64,000 nt of DNA, from IMG/VR virus record IMGVR_UViG_3300033067_001661, positions 64,001 through 128,000 of that record, one strand, 5' to 3'. A program made the position numbers and the translations under genes. How positions within the stretch are numbered: the stretch's first letter is position 1; the number at the start of each line of letters is the position of its first letter. This stretch comes from a virus. Lineage: Duplodnaviria > Heunggongvirae > Uroviricota > Caudoviricetes. Below the pieces are notes generated by a model that worked only from the letters and a program-made list of their open reading frames with translations, was not told where the DNA came from and made no database searches. Positions 19,952 through 30,365 of the stretch are shown in pieces.

Positions 19952-20783
19952 TTTGAATCCTCTTCATGTAATTATCCATATGAATCTCTCCAACATTGAA
20001 ATTATTCCAAATCTTGTCATAAAGCTCTTTACTAAAGTTGATTTTCTTAAAATCAGACCAATCATCAAGAATGATTATTGGAAAATCCTTATGAGCTTCA
20101 GCAACAGGACTTCTTGTTACAATAGGTATTGATTTGACATACAAAGCTTCCCACGTTCTATGGCAGTCAATACCGTTGCCTTTTGGGGAAATACAGAAAT
20201 AAGACTTGCTAATATCTCTAAGATAGCCTTCAAAAGTATTTGGAAGCTTATACCCTCCAGCGAAACCGTTCCAACCACCATTAGTTTCAGAAGCTAATGG
20301 CACGCCGGTCTGTTGTAAACAATATTCTCTTTCTGCTCTATTGTTTTGAATGCTATAGTTAGCATAAAACATAACTTCTTTTATATTCTCTTCACTTCTT
20401 ACTCTATTGATGGCAGAGATATCCCCATGCGAATATCCTGCATCCGCAATGCCTATTGGAATAGGTTTAAGTTTTGGATGATTTATAGCAACATTTTGTG
20501 CAAACCAAACTAATACCCTAGGATCTTCCAAGTATCTAAGATGGGATTCATTGATAGGATAATCACTGTTATGAGTAAAAAGAACAAATGGATTAGGCAA
20601 TCTAATCGTTGAGAAAAAGTTTGCTAAGTAATCTGTTTTAACAAAGACCCAGTTTTCAGGTTTCGAATATGGATTTATCTTATATCCATCATAGTTCCAT
20701 ATGTGTTTACATTGTACAGCGAAACTATTCCCCGTTAAATAGGGAAAGCTATGATCCTCAAATGTCTTCCATTGCCAAAACAT
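19929..20783 (-). CDS. exostosin/GT47-like glycosyltransferase
   Basis: THNSD, PIPIGI, FCISPKGNGIDCHRTWEALY. Confidence 0.7.
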   Translation of the reverse strand: MFWQWKTFEDHSFPYLTGNSFAVQCKHIWNYDGYKINPYSKPENWVFVKTDYLANFFSTIRLPNPFVLFTHNSDYPINESHLRYLEDPRVLVWFAQNVAINHPKLKPIPIGIADAGYSHGDISAINRVRSEENIKEVMFYANYSIQNNRAEREYCLQQTGVPLASETNGGWNGFAGGYKLPNTFEGYLRDISKSYFCISPKGNGIDCHRTWEALYVKSIPIVTRSPVAEAHKDFPIIILDDWSDFKKINFSKELYDKIWNNFNVGEIHMDNYMKRIQNVIKANT

Positions 20784-20784
20784 A

Positions 20785-21627
20785 TTACGCCCTCTCTGCC
20801 TCTTTAATTTTCGCCATCATTTCTTTATTGCCATGTTCTTCATAAAAAGCAGACATTTCTTCAACCGTTCGCTCTCCATAGGTTGTATTTTTACAATTTG
20901 CAGCGCCTATATAGTTGGTAAAATTATCGCCTTCGTCAAGAACTTTTTGACTAACACCTTCAAGAGCAATTCCTGGTACACAATCTTTCATATGACATCT
21001 ATCATTTGGTCCTTGAATTCTATGTATCAAAGAATCATTACAAACCTTAGGCCATATTCGTTCCATCAAGAAAGACTGATCTTGTCCATGAGAGTCCCAA
21101 CCCTCTCTTGTTCGCCTCCAAGAAGAAATCATATCTGCAAAAGAAGAAAATCCTACTAACGAGACAAATCTTTTTGACTTAACACCGATCATTCCTCCCA
21201 TAAGAGGAATTGTATGAGCATTATTATCGTTAATACCATGAACAGCTTTATCTGAATCAATAAAGCTTTGAACAAACTTAGCTTGCCTTGGAGTCAATAT
21301 TGAATCTAAGTCTCTACAAAAAACATATTCATTATCTTCCCAAGCTGGAGCAAGTCTCCATAACATGCCAATGCCTTTTACAGGCTGTTCCCAAATAGAA
21401 CCTCCATTAGGGAAAATTCTTAATTGCAAAATACCTCTATCTGCAAGACTATTAACTTGCCTTCCGTAAAAACTTGTTGAATCAAAAGGCTTATCAGTTG
21501 TAAGTCGTATCTTCCATTTTGGATTAACGTATAAGGAGTAATGCATTCTAATAATGAGAGGAAAAAGAGACATATATGCCTCTCTTCTCTCTCCAAATGC
21601 TGAAAAACTATTTATGAAATCACTCAC
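20785..21627 (-). CDS. putative glycosyltransferase (paralog of 26352-27065)
   Basis: GMLWRL, CRDLDS, H..PLMGGM.G, DQSFL..IWP. Confidence 0.55.
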   Translation of the reverse strand: MSDFINSFSAFGERREAYMSLFPLIIRMHYSLYVNPKWKIRLTTDKPFDSTSFYGRQVNSLADRGILQLRIFPNGGSIWEQPVKGIGMLWRLAPAWEDNEYVFCRDLDSILTPRQAKFVQSFIDSDKAVHGINDNNAHTIPLMGGMIGVKSKRFVSLVGFSSFADMISSWRRTREGWDSHGQDQSFLMERIWPKVCNDSLIHRIQGPNDRCHMKDCVPGIALEGVSQKVLDEGDNFTNYIGAANCKNTTYGERTVEEMSAFYEEHGNKEMMAKIKEAERA

Positions 21628-22525
21628 CGATTAGTTCCTTAAACTTTCGATCAACCATGCTTTCTAGTATTTGAAACTTAGATCCGTCTTCAATTGGTTC
21701 GTCCCATTTATTATGCCAATGCCAAGTGAATGCGCCGTCATAAAGCTCTGAACTATCATTGCCAGAAGCATTTTTCTTAAATGGTTCAAGAGGGATGCCA
21801 AATCCCCACTCAGTGTTAAACCATGCACAAGGGAATACGGTCCAGTTTTTATTGTGCTGTCTTACTTTGTGATACAAGTCAGTTCCCCAACAAGTTGTAT
21901 TAGGGTTAGCAGGAGTCCTTGCTAATTCATTTAGTAAATCATGGCAAAGTTGACTATATGGTTTAAGCCTCATTATAGCCCCATTTTGGCGAATAACAGG
22001 CTCATTCTGAAAGGTTCCTGACGCTCCCCATTGATACATAAACTCATAAGGCAATATTGGACTAAAATCCCTCAATACAACAACGTCCATGTCTATGTAC
22101 ACGCCTCCATGCTTATGAAGACAAAGCAATCTGAACAAGTCTCCACCTAGATAACATAAAGGATCATCTATTAGACCTTTGAGCATATTTGCGTTCTCAA
22201 GTGGAGAACTTTTGGATTGCTCACTAATATCCCATATTCGAGTTTCGACAAAAGGGAGCAGGGGCTTAAGATATTCATTGTTTTTCAAATCAACGTTGGA
22301 CCAAAGAATAAACTTTGTATTAGCAATCTTTTGAGAAACTATAGCAGACTTTATTGGAAGAACTTGTTTGCGCGAAAACTCTTTAGGAACTCTCCAGTAA
22401 AAATGAAAAGTCACTGGCTCAGGAACAATTGGTTCTGGCAAAGACTTAGCAAAATCAAGAGATTTCCTTACTCTCTCAACAGTGTCAAATAGATACAACT
22501 CTCTGTTCGATTCTATGCTAATCAT
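21620..22525 (-). CDS. GT32-like DxD glycosyltransferase
   Basis: DLFRLLCLHKHGGVYIDMDV, WHWHN. Confidence 0.8.
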   Translation of the reverse strand: MISIESNRELYLFDTVERVRKSLDFAKSLPEPIVPEPVTFHFYWRVPKEFSRKQVLPIKSAIVSQKIANTKFILWSNVDLKNNEYLKPLLPFVETRIWDISEQSKSSPLENANMLKGLIDDPLCYLGGDLFRLLCLHKHGGVYIDMDVVVLRDFSPILPYEFMYQWGASGTFQNEPVIRQNGAIMRLKPYSQLCHDLLNELARTPANPNTTCWGTDLYHKVRQHNKNWTVFPCAWFNTEWGFGIPLEPFKKNASGNDSSELYDGAFTWHWHNKWDEPIEDGSKFQILESMVDRKFKELIGE

Positions 22526-22528
22526 AAC

Positions 22529-23101
22529 TTATTTCCTTTTGAAGAGCATAAGAGTATTTCTAACATGCCCACCGTTAGGTTTCCATGAGCCATCTTCATT
22601 AAATAACAACCTTCTAAGCATCAAAGACTTTTCTTCTAAATACTCAAAGCCATAATCAGAAAAGGTTGTTATCCAATAATCGGCATTTTGACAATTAACA
22701 TGATGGAATCCAGGCTGACCAGGAACTGCATGCGTCATAGCAACAAGATTACACTTAGCAAATGTCTGCATGAAATTAGCTTTGTATTTTTCTTCTACAT
22801 GCTCCACAAACTCACAACACCATGCTAAATCGAAATTAGAGGGCGGAACAAACGGGCCGCGAGTATAATCATGTAAAACGATATTGCCTCCAACAGGAGA
22901 TCGAGCGATGGCTTCTTTATAACCTTCAACTCCAATACCATCAACATTCTTATCCATGAAATACTTCAAAGAATAACCGCAACCGCAACCAACATCTATA
23001 ACAGTTTTTGGATTATAAAGCTCGATTAACTTATCCCAAACCTGAGGTGCAAAAGTTCCTATATCGCCCTCAAAGACGCATCCACCAAGATGGTTACTCA
23101 T
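22529..23101 (-). CDS. class I SAM-dependent methyltransferase
   Basis: VIDVGCGCG, FDLAWCCEFVEH, HHVNCQ. Confidence 0.8.
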   Translation of the reverse strand: MSNHLGGCVFEGDIGTFAPQVWDKLIELYNPKTVIDVGCGCGYSLKYFMDKNVDGIGVEGYKEAIARSPVGGNIVLHDYTRGPFVPPSNFDLAWCCEFVEHVEEKYKANFMQTFAKCNLVAMTHAVPGQPGFHHVNCQNADYWITTFSDYGFEYLEEKSLMLRRLLFNEDGSWKPNGGHVRNTLMLFKRK

Positions 23102-24063
23102 TTGCTATCTCCCATTTCCTTGACCCAAAAATCAATCATTTCATCAATCATTTGTTCAAAACTATATAAAGACTGCCAACCAAGAATCGTTCTTGCTTTC
23201 GTTGAATCTCCAAGAACTACTTTCTGATCTATTTTTCTTACAAACTCGGGATCTTGAACAACATATTTTACATAGTCCAAGCCTAATTTTGAAAAGACAT
23301 ATTCTATTAGATAACGAACAGAATTGCTTTTCATTGTACTAATAACAAAATCATCGGGAACACTATGTTCAAGCATAAGAATCATAGATTTTGTACAATC
23401 CTTACTATGACCCCAATCCCTGTAGACATCTAAATTGCCAACTTTCAATTCATTTGTTTTTCCCAGCTTTATGGCAACAGCAGTTTTTACAACTTTAGTT
23501 GTCAAGAACCGCTCTGGTCTACGAGGAGATTCATGATTAAATAGAATACCATTAGCAATAAACAAATTGTAATGCGACCTATAATACTGGCACATCTTAT
23601 GAGCGTAAAGTTTAGATATGCCATATGGCGTGATAGGATTCATTGGGGTTAGCTCCCTCTGCATTCCATCAGTATCCATTGAAACTCCAAACATTTCACT
23701 TGAACTTGCTTGATAAAATCGAGAAGAAGGGCAGCATCTACGGAATGCCTCAAGCATATTAAGAGCGCCAATCGAATTAACTGTTGTCGTTAGATGCGGC
23801 AAATCACAGCTTAGCCTGACCTCTGATTGTGCAGCCAGGTTATATATTCTTGACGGCTTTATCTCGCATAATAGCGATTCAAGAAAATAGAAATCACAAA
23901 TATCACCTTTATGCCAAACTACTTGACTTGGAACAAACTTGCATTCTTCTTTTGAACGGCTTCTTTCAAGGCCATGAACCTCATATCCATCTAATATCAA
24001 ATGCTCCGCTAAATATGAAGCATCTTGACCACCAGCACCAGATATAAATGCAATTTTAGGCAT
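23098..24063 (-). CDS. gmd: GDP-mannose 4,6-dehydratase, second copy
   Basis: GQDASYLAE, NLAAQS, YQASSSE, PYGISK, NHESPRR, RDWGH. Confidence 0.9.
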   Translation of the reverse strand: MPKIAFISGAGGQDASYLAEHLILDGYEVHGLERSRSKEECKFVPSQVVWHKGDICDFYFLESLLCEIKPSRIYNLAAQSEVRLSCDLPHLTTTVNSIGALNMLEAFRRCCPSSRFYQASSSEMFGVSMDTDGMQRELTPMNPITPYGISKLYAHKMCQYYRSHYNLFIANGILFNHESPRRPERFLTTKVVKTAVAIKLGKTNELKVGNLDVYRDWGHSKDCTKSMILMLEHSVPDDFVISTMKSNSVRYLIEYVFSKLGLDYVKYVVQDPEFVRKIDQKVVLGDSTKARTILGWQSLYSFEQMIDEMIDFWVKEMGDSK

Positions 24064-24673
24064 TGAATCGTTTGTTCCTTAGAACCATGTATCCGTTTCT
24101 ATCATTTGTTATGTCACCAAAAACTTCATATCTATCAGGATTAGCAAGAATCATTTCTCTAATAAGCTTGAACTTCCTGGTTCCTTGAAACGTATCATCA
24201 AGTACAACATAGTTTGATCTATCAATAAGCTTATGAAACTCTTCGTGAGAACTAAATTCTCCACCGTCTAATACAAGCAAATCAATCTTAGAAGGAATAC
24301 GGTCAATAATGTTTGGGCATTGCTTGTAATTTTCAATATCCTCAGCAAGCCATCTCTTTTCGTCCGCACTCAAAGTTGCAGGATCAAACCAGTTAAGATC
24401 TGAAAGCTCAACAATTCTGCCATGAACAATACTGAATCCAACAATAGCAGGTTGATTGTTTTGAATTGCAACATCATACATTGACTTCCAAGCTTCAATA
24501 GATAGAACATTACATGGCTTGCCTTTGTCTAAAACTGCGTCTCTAATACATTTTGTAGAGCCAGCGCCATTCCATGTTCCAATTTCAACAATTACATTTA
24601 CATCATCTTTCTTGGCTAAACTATAAATTGTTTCACCAAGATTACTACCTCTGTTTATCTGTCCTTGAGCCAT
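24056..24673 (-). CDS. SAM-dependent methyltransferase-like protein
   Basis: VEIGTWNGAGS, IDLLVLDGGEF, VLDD; start at ATG 24673 after GGGG. Confidence 0.7.
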   Translation of the reverse strand: MAQGQINRGSNLGETIYSLAKKDDVNVIVEIGTWNGAGSTKCIRDAVLDKGKPCNVLSIEAWKSMYDVAIQNNQPAIVGFSIVHGRIVELSDLNWFDPATLSADEKRWLAEDIENYKQCPNIIDRIPSKIDLLVLDGGEFSSHEEFHKLIDRSNYVVLDDTFQGTRKFKLIREMILANPDRYEVFGDITNDRNGYMVLRNKRFNA

Positions 24674-24683
24674 GATAGTCCCC

Positions 24684-25265
24684 TTAAAACTTTGCGTACA
24701 ATCGCATTTTTCTATCGTCACTTCTTTCTGTTCCGTCAATCATTTGATATTTGCCAATAAGCTCATAATCTATTGCCTTAGAAACGCCTTCTCCTCCGGT
24801 ATCATCAATCAATATCAAAGGAGGATTCATTCTTATGGCATTTCTAATATCAGAAAGAGCAACATCATAAGAATGACCACCATCAACAAAAAACAAATCA
24901 ACTTGTTGTCTTGGAGAAAATGAACTCAAAGTTTCACGACTATCTCCATGATGGAAAATTACTCTGTGTTTTGGAAAATGATCATTAACAATAGTAACAG
25001 CTTTCAAACTAAAGTCAGCCATATCAAAAGTATCTATAGTAACTGACTCTCCAAACTTATCAAGGAATGACAGGCACACAAATGAAAAGAAAGCCTTATT
25101 AGTTCCAGTTTCAATAATATACTTTGGGCGATACTTTTCAAGAGTTCTTTCGATAAGCTCAACTTGTAGTTTAACACAAGGAGCAGTATTGTTTAATAAA
25201 GAACCCTCGTTAGCGTCGCTAACCTTCATTAACATATTTGCAATTTTCTTGTCATATTCCATCAT
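24684..25265 (-). CDS. class I SAM-dependent methyltransferase (Methyltransf_24-like)
   Basis: IETGT, HGDS, DLFFVDGGHSY, LIDD. Confidence 0.8.
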   Translation of the reverse strand: MMEYDKKIANMLMKVSDANEGSLLNNTAPCVKLQVELIERTLEKYRPKYIIETGTNKAFFSFVCLSFLDKFGESVTIDTFDMADFSLKAVTIVNDHFPKHRVIFHHGDSRETLSSFSPRQQVDLFFVDGGHSYDVALSDIRNAIRMNPPLILIDDTGGEGVSKAIDYELIGKYQMIDGTERSDDRKMRLYAKF

Positions 25266-25266
25266 G

Positions 25267-26355
25267 TTATTTCACTCTTTTCAAGAAATTAGTCCAAATA
25301 TCAAGAACTTTTTGTCGTCTAATAACATTGAACTGAGACATCTTATTGCTTATAGCAAACAACTCGTCATCCTGTATTGACCCAAGCCTATCTCTAAGCG
25401 CATTCCAGTCATCAAAATACTGTATATGAGGCATCCATTCTGTATCATAAAAATCAGCAAGAGGAAGCCATTTCTTAAACTTATTCAAATCTGCAAAATC
25501 ATTTGGATCATTAGGTCCAGGTCTTATAACAGAACCACTTGGAATATTCCATGTTTGATTCCAAGAAGTCTCTGCAAGAACATAAGCAGTAAAATCCTGT
25601 TTCATTCTAATCATAAGATCTACGCTTGGAAAAAACAAAGGCATATTCTCATTATAGAACTCAAAAATACTCATTGTTGAAATATTGTAAGGGACTCCAA
25701 CAAGACCCCTATATTTAACTCTTTCAGACCATTGATAACCATTTCCTAAGGCTTTTGACTTTTCAACAAGATTCGGAATCCAGCTTCCACCAAGATAATG
25801 ACTATACTGCATACATCTTGAGTAATACAAAAACTGCCGTTTTTGAGGAGCATAATGAACCCTTGTATATTCGCAAAGATTAGGAATATGAGTCCATTCT
25901 CTGTCAGTAAAATACTTACCATATTCGGCATCATACTTACTATTCGCTGCCAAAAGGACTTGTCCGCTATCCGCTCCTCGTCTTAGAAAATCATTAAATC
26001 TTTCCCACTGTTCTGGTCTTGTTGAAAACGGAAGTTCATATCTAATAGGAGCAACAACAATTATTGGCTTATTCCATTTTTCAAACAACATTGAAAATGC
26101 CGGAGGATAGGTAACAACAAATGTGTCATAAACTGAAAGCTGATCTTTGTAAGTATTGTAGAAATTATCGCACATAGACTGATCTATTTGCGTCCAATTT
26201 TCAGGAGTAACAACTGAGGTCGAAGCTTTTCCTCTACCCAAAACCCAATTATGACCAGACATATTCCAGCTAGTAACTTCATGTCCTAACTCGCCAAGAA
26301 TACTCTTGATGTCTTCAATAACTGATATATGCAAATCAAGATTGAATATTTTCAT
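25267..26355 (-). CDS. putative glycosyltransferase
   Basis: 362 aa within the glycan cluster; PYNISTMSIFE..MPLFFP resembles a GT-B C-terminal motif. Confidence 0.5.
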   Translation of the reverse strand: MKIFNLDLHISVIEDIKSILGELGHEVTSWNMSGHNWVLGRGKASTSVVTPENWTQIDQSMCDNFYNTYKDQLSVYDTFVVTYPPAFSMLFEKWNKPIIVVAPIRYELPFSTRPEQWERFNDFLRRGADSGQVLLAANSKYDAEYGKYFTDREWTHIPNLCEYTRVHYAPQKRQFLYYSRCMQYSHYLGGSWIPNLVEKSKALGNGYQWSERVKYRGLVGVPYNISTMSIFEFYNENMPLFFPSVDLMIRMKQDFTAYVLAETSWNQTWNIPSGSVIRPGPNDPNDFADLNKFKKWLPLADFYDTEWMPHIQYFDDWNALRDRLGSIQDDELFAISNKMSQFNVIRRQKVLDIWTNFLKRVK

Positions 26356-27065
26356 ATTATCTCCCCGACATGAACGCCATAAGTCATTGGTGGATGATTT
26401 GGAAATGGCCTAATGTCATGTTTCCCAAAAAATCTTATCGGATCGTAAACATAATCAAACTCTGAGTCCAAGCGGTCAACGCCTAAAAAGCCTTGCTTAT
26501 GTTGTCCTTTTTCAACAATAAGACCGTCAAAATACTTATCATGAACAAGTATTGTATTTAGGTAATTAGGCCAAATCTCGGTTCTCAAAAAATCCTGATC
26601 GCTTCCTTTGTAGTCATTTGCAGACCATTCAGAAATAAGCTGTTCCATATTTGGAATAACTTTGTTCCTGCATCCCCACATCCCGCCAAGCATGGGAACA
26701 TTATGCTCAATATGATCTCTCATACAATGAATATCTTTATCACTTAACAACCATTCATCCACGGCAGCTTTTTCTCTTTCATTCAATCTTGAATCAATAT
26801 CTCTTGAAATGAAAATATCCGCCTCAGAAGCAGGAAGAAATCTCCAAAACAGACCTTCCCAATTGTCTTTTAGAGTGTTTTTGATAACAACTTGAGCGCC
26901 TGCCTTTTCGAGTTTACGAATGAAGTCTTTATTAACTTCTGAATCGCAATAAAATCTAACAATCCAACCTGGGTATATTTTCTCCGCAATTTCAATATTC
27001 TCAATACATCCATTGAGATACTTGAAAGAATTACCCCATACACTGAAAGATATTATCTTCAACAT
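26352..27065 (-). CDS. putative glycosyltransferase (phage/giant-virus type)
   Basis: KIISFSVWG, YPGW, FWRF, ISRDIDSR, GGMWG, DQDFL. Confidence 0.6.
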   Translation of the reverse strand: MLKIISFSVWGNSFKYLNGCIENIEIAEKIYPGWIVRFYCDSEVNKDFIRKLEKAGAQVVIKNTLKDNWEGLFWRFLPASEADIFISRDIDSRLNEREKAAVDEWLLSDKDIHCMRDHIEHNVPMLGGMWGCRNKVIPNMEQLISEWSANDYKGSDQDFLRTEIWPNYLNTILVHDKYFDGLIVEKGQHKQGFLGVDRLDSEFDYVYDPIRFFGKHDIRPFPNHPPMTYGVHVGEII

Positions 27066-27069
27066 TTAT

Positions 27070-27852
27070 TCATGCCCTTTTGTTCAAATCTTCTTTGAGA
27101 AACTTTAAGCGTTCTTCCATAGATAAAGAAACTATTTCGTTATAAAGATCTGCATTAACACTAAAAGGAGTAAGCCTCTTATGATTCAAATGCAAAAATA
27201 CACTATCTCGACTTTCGTAGAGATTGGTAAGTTTGTTTATTCTTTCCCAAAACTCACAATCTTCACTACCGTAACCATAAAACCTTTCGCACATTCCACC
27301 TACAGCAATAAAAGCTTTCTTAGTAAAAGCAATACTGCCTCCTGAAAAATAATCAACTCTCTTACTTCCTCTCCAAACAACAACATTACGCATCAATTCA
27401 ACATTGTAAATTTCTTTTCCAAGAAAAGAGCAATCATAAGAATTCAAAAACGTATCTATTCTTTGCAAATATCCTTTTGGAGGAACTATGTCGGCATCAT
27501 TCATGACAATTTTTGCATGTGTTGCAAACATAACACCGGCGTTTATTGCAATGCTTTTATTAAATGGCTTAGAAGGACTCTTGACGAAAATCTTCTTAAC
27601 TCTTGAATCGTTTCTAAATCTATCAACATTTATCTTTTCAGAAGAATCTTCTTCTGAAACAATAATTTCCATTGGCTCAACATTTTGTAATAAAAGCCTA
27701 GAAATACAATAGTTAAGATTTGGTTGTCTATCAATTCCTCGAACAGGAATAACAACCGTTATCCCTGAAACAGGCTGAACTGAAGACGAAGAGAATTCAA
27801 AATTCTTTCGTATATCAAGAGGAAGATTATTTATGCTTCTTGGCAATATCAT
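27070..27852 (-). CDS. GT2/GT7-like glycosyltransferase
   Basis: VVIPVR, FNKSIAINAG, NDADI, GGMCERFYGYGSEDCEF. Confidence 0.82.
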   Translation of the reverse strand: MILPRSINNLPLDIRKNFEFSSSSVQPVSGITVVIPVRGIDRQPNLNYCISRLLLQNVEPMEIIVSEEDSSEKINVDRFRNDSRVKKIFVKSPSKPFNKSIAINAGVMFATHAKIVMNDADIVPPKGYLQRIDTFLNSYDCSFLGKEIYNVELMRNVVVWRGSKRVDYFSGGSIAFTKKAFIAVGGMCERFYGYGSEDCEFWERINKLTNLYESRDSVFLHLNHKRLTPFSVNADLYNEIVSLSMEERLKFLKEDLNKRA

Positions 27853-28439
27853 CTAATTCCCCTATGAGTTTTTCTCTGGGGTCTATTACTGGGCGGTCCA
27901 CCTTTTTCATACAGATAATGATAAACAACACCGCTAATAAATCGCTCTTCTTTCAAAAGAGGAAAAAGCCGAGTGGAGTAATCCTTATCTTCTCCAAAAT
28001 TAGTTTCTGGAAACTTAACTTGTAAAGCAATTTCTCTTTTTACAGGATTCAAATGATTTGGACAACGATAATAAATATTGTTCTGCTCAAACCATTCTTT
28101 GTATTTCAAAGAATGTATAAACATTCTTGGTCCTTGACCCTGAAAGGTAATAATTCCTTGTATGCCACAACAATCAGGATTAGACTCTAAAGCTTCTAGA
28201 ATCTTTTTAACATAATCTTCGGAAACCAAATCATCGTCATCAACAAACGCTATATAAGCTCCTGAAGCTTCTTCCAAAAGAAGATTTCTTTTCTTACCAA
28301 TAGGCATCTCTCCGTTATCGGTTTTAACTAAAAGTTCTACAGAATCATTAATTTGAGGTTGTAGAACATTCATAAGCCTCTGTAGCTTATCCGCTCTAGA
28401 AGCCAACGAACATATAAGTATTGAAAGTTTCTTATTCAT
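27849..28439 (-). CDS. GT2 glycosyltransferase
   Basis: LSILI, IGKKRN, YIAFVDDDD, GEDKDY. Confidence 0.85.
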   Translation of the reverse strand: MNKKLSILICSLASRADKLQRLMNVLQPQINDSVELLVKTDNGEMPIGKKRNLLLEEASGAYIAFVDDDDLVSEDYVKKILEALESNPDCCGIQGIITFQGQGPRMFIHSLKYKEWFEQNNIYYRCPNHLNPVKREIALQVKFPETNFGEDKDYSTRLFPLLKEERFISGVVYHYLYEKGGPPSNRPQRKTHRGIR

Positions 28440-28441
28440 GC

Positions 28442-29260
28442 TTACTTCCTATTCCTAAGTTTATGCACTCTTTGTTTTTCATAAGACTTAACCCATCTAT
28501 TCAACGCTATAGCCTTTCTGTCATTAGGATTGGGCGAAAGCATTTCTTTTGGTATTTGAGCATTTTGATCTGCCAATCGCTGAAAACCTTTGCCTTCTTC
28601 AATAGTATGCCATTGCGTAAAGTTACGTTCGCCTCTATTGAAACCTTTTTCTTTCATCCAATTTCTTCCAAGGTCTTTCAGTATGACAGCCCTATGGTCG
28701 AATGGAAAATAAAGAAACCCTTCCGGCTTATATCCACCGCAAAGAGTCCTTATTTGAACTTCAGGATTATCGACTATGTTCATTTTTTCAGCTATCTCCC
28801 TACAAAATGTACCTCTTAAAAAGCAAGGAGAGAGCCAGAAGTTACTCTTAACATTTTTCCAAGCCCTGAAAGCAAGTTGCTGAACATGAGGAGGAACAAA
28901 AAACTGATTGAATATCGAAACCTTAAACGGGGTTAGCAATTCCCAGTCGTCCTCTAAATGAAAACAATAGTACGTTTCAACTTTCGAAAAACACCACTTT
29001 ACAGCAGCCGCAAAATTAGGGCTTTCAGGCATATTAACAATGACATTACCAAAGTATTTTCTCGCAACGTCTGCAACTTCTTGTCTCTTATGATCGTCTC
29101 TTTTATCAGGAAAGCTATCTATATTTAGGATTAGAGTTGCTTGCTTGAAATCAAATTCCAAAAAATGCCTTGCAAATGAAGCATAGGTTTGCTCTATGAT
29201 TTCTGGTCGAGGCATTGCAGTAGTTGTAAAAGTCAATGTCTTTTCAGTTATTGGGTACAT
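28442..29260 (-). CDS. GT-A glycosyltransferase-like protein (tandem paralog B)
   Basis: TTTAMPRPE, NID, HLEDDWELL, LKDLGR; start taken at ATG 29260. Confidence 0.6.
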   Translation of the reverse strand: MYPITEKTLTFTTTAMPRPEIIEQTYASFARHFLEFDFKQATLILNIDSFPDKRDDHKRQEVADVARKYFGNVIVNMPESPNFAAAVKWCFSKVETYYCFHLEDDWELLTPFKVSIFNQFFVPPHVQQLAFRAWKNVKSNFWLSPCFLRGTFCREIAEKMNIVDNPEVQIRTLCGGYKPEGFLYFPFDHRAVILKDLGRNWMKEKGFNRGERNFTQWHTIEEGKGFQRLADQNAQIPKEMLSPNPNDRKAIALNRWVKSYEKQRVHKLRNRK

Positions 29261-30017
29261 CTTTACCTCTAAAATTACCATCAAGCTTTGATGTATCTAT
29301 CTCAATATTTTGATCTTGTATCAACTGCTCCCTTGCTCTTATAAGAACATTAGGAACAAATTCCCAAGAAGTCCAAGTATCCAGACCTCTTGCAAAAGGA
29401 GTATCCTTCATCCACGTTCTACCCAAGTCTCTAAGGATAATTTTGTCATCCTCATAAGGCCAATATATAAATGACTCACTAACCTTATAAGGATTGAGAC
29501 CTCTAATCTGCCATTCAGGGTTACGCTTTGTATGCATCTCGGCAGCAACCTTATGACAGAAAGAAGTTTTCAAAATTGACGGACTAAGAACAAAGCGGGG
29601 ATCGGATTTCTTCCAAGCTCGAAAACCAACCTGGACGATCTTTGGGTCATCAAAAAAAGAAGCGACATATTCAGGTATGTCGCAAAGTAGCTCCCAATCA
29701 TCTTCTAAATTGAAAACGAACTCTCTGTTTGCATTCGAAAAAATCCACTTAACAGCGGCAGGGAAATTTCCCCTCTCTTGAATGTTCGCCGTTACTTCGC
29801 CAAAATGTTCTTTGGCAATATCAATAACAGACTGAACTCGCTGAGCGTGATCTTCATAATAATGGGGGAAATAATCAACATTGATAAACAACGGACACTT
29901 CTTCAAATCAAGCCAAGGAAGATGCTGCTTAAAAGAAGCATATGTTTTAGCAAGAAGCTCGGGACGAGGCATCGCTGTTGTTGTGAAACACATATTCTCA
30001 GAATTTGGTCTTGTCAT
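29244..30017 (-). CDS. GT-A glycosyltransferase-like protein (tandem paralog A)
   Basis: TTTAMPRPE, NVD, NLEDDWELL, LRDLGR. Confidence 0.6.
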   Translation of the reverse strand: MTRPNSENMCFTTTAMPRPELLAKTYASFKQHLPWLDLKKCPLFINVDYFPHYYEDHAQRVQSVIDIAKEHFGEVTANIQERGNFPAAVKWIFSNANREFVFNLEDDWELLCDIPEYVASFFDDPKIVQVGFRAWKKSDPRFVLSPSILKTSFCHKVAAEMHTKRNPEWQIRGLNPYKVSESFIYWPYEDDKIILRDLGRTWMKDTPFARGLDTWTSWEFVPNVLIRAREQLIQDQNIEIDTSKLDGNFRGKDVPNN

Positions 30018-30020
30018 ACC

Positions 30021-30350
30021 TTAGTGCTTTATCATTTTAGACGGAGTAATCATGAGCCAAATCTCATTGTCCGCCTTTGTATTTTCGTCTGTTTTCTCCG
30101 GATCTTTTAGCTCGGTATGAAACAAATTCTCTGCGCAGACGCCTTCGCAAATAGAAAGGCTATCCTTATGAATGCAAACATGCAGCTTCTTGGTTGAGTT
30201 ATCAATGTAGAAAAATCTAAGAAGCTCTTTCATCGCGCTGATAACATTGGCGACATCATAGCCTTGCCTAAACTCGGCGCTATACTCTTCAAGATAGATG
30301 AAGTTTTTATGCATGATTTGCCCTTTGTCAATAGTTCTAACTTTGGGCAA
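30021..30350 (-). CDS. hypothetical protein
   Basis: 109 aa, TTG start after GAGG. Confidence 0.5.
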   Translation of the reverse strand: MPKVRTIDKGQIMHKNFIYLEEYSAEFRQGYDVANVISAMKELLRFFYIDNSTKKLHVCIHKDSLSICEGVCAENLFHTELKDPEKTDENTKADNEIWLMITPSKMIKH

Positions 30351-30365
30351 ATCAATCCTCTAGAG

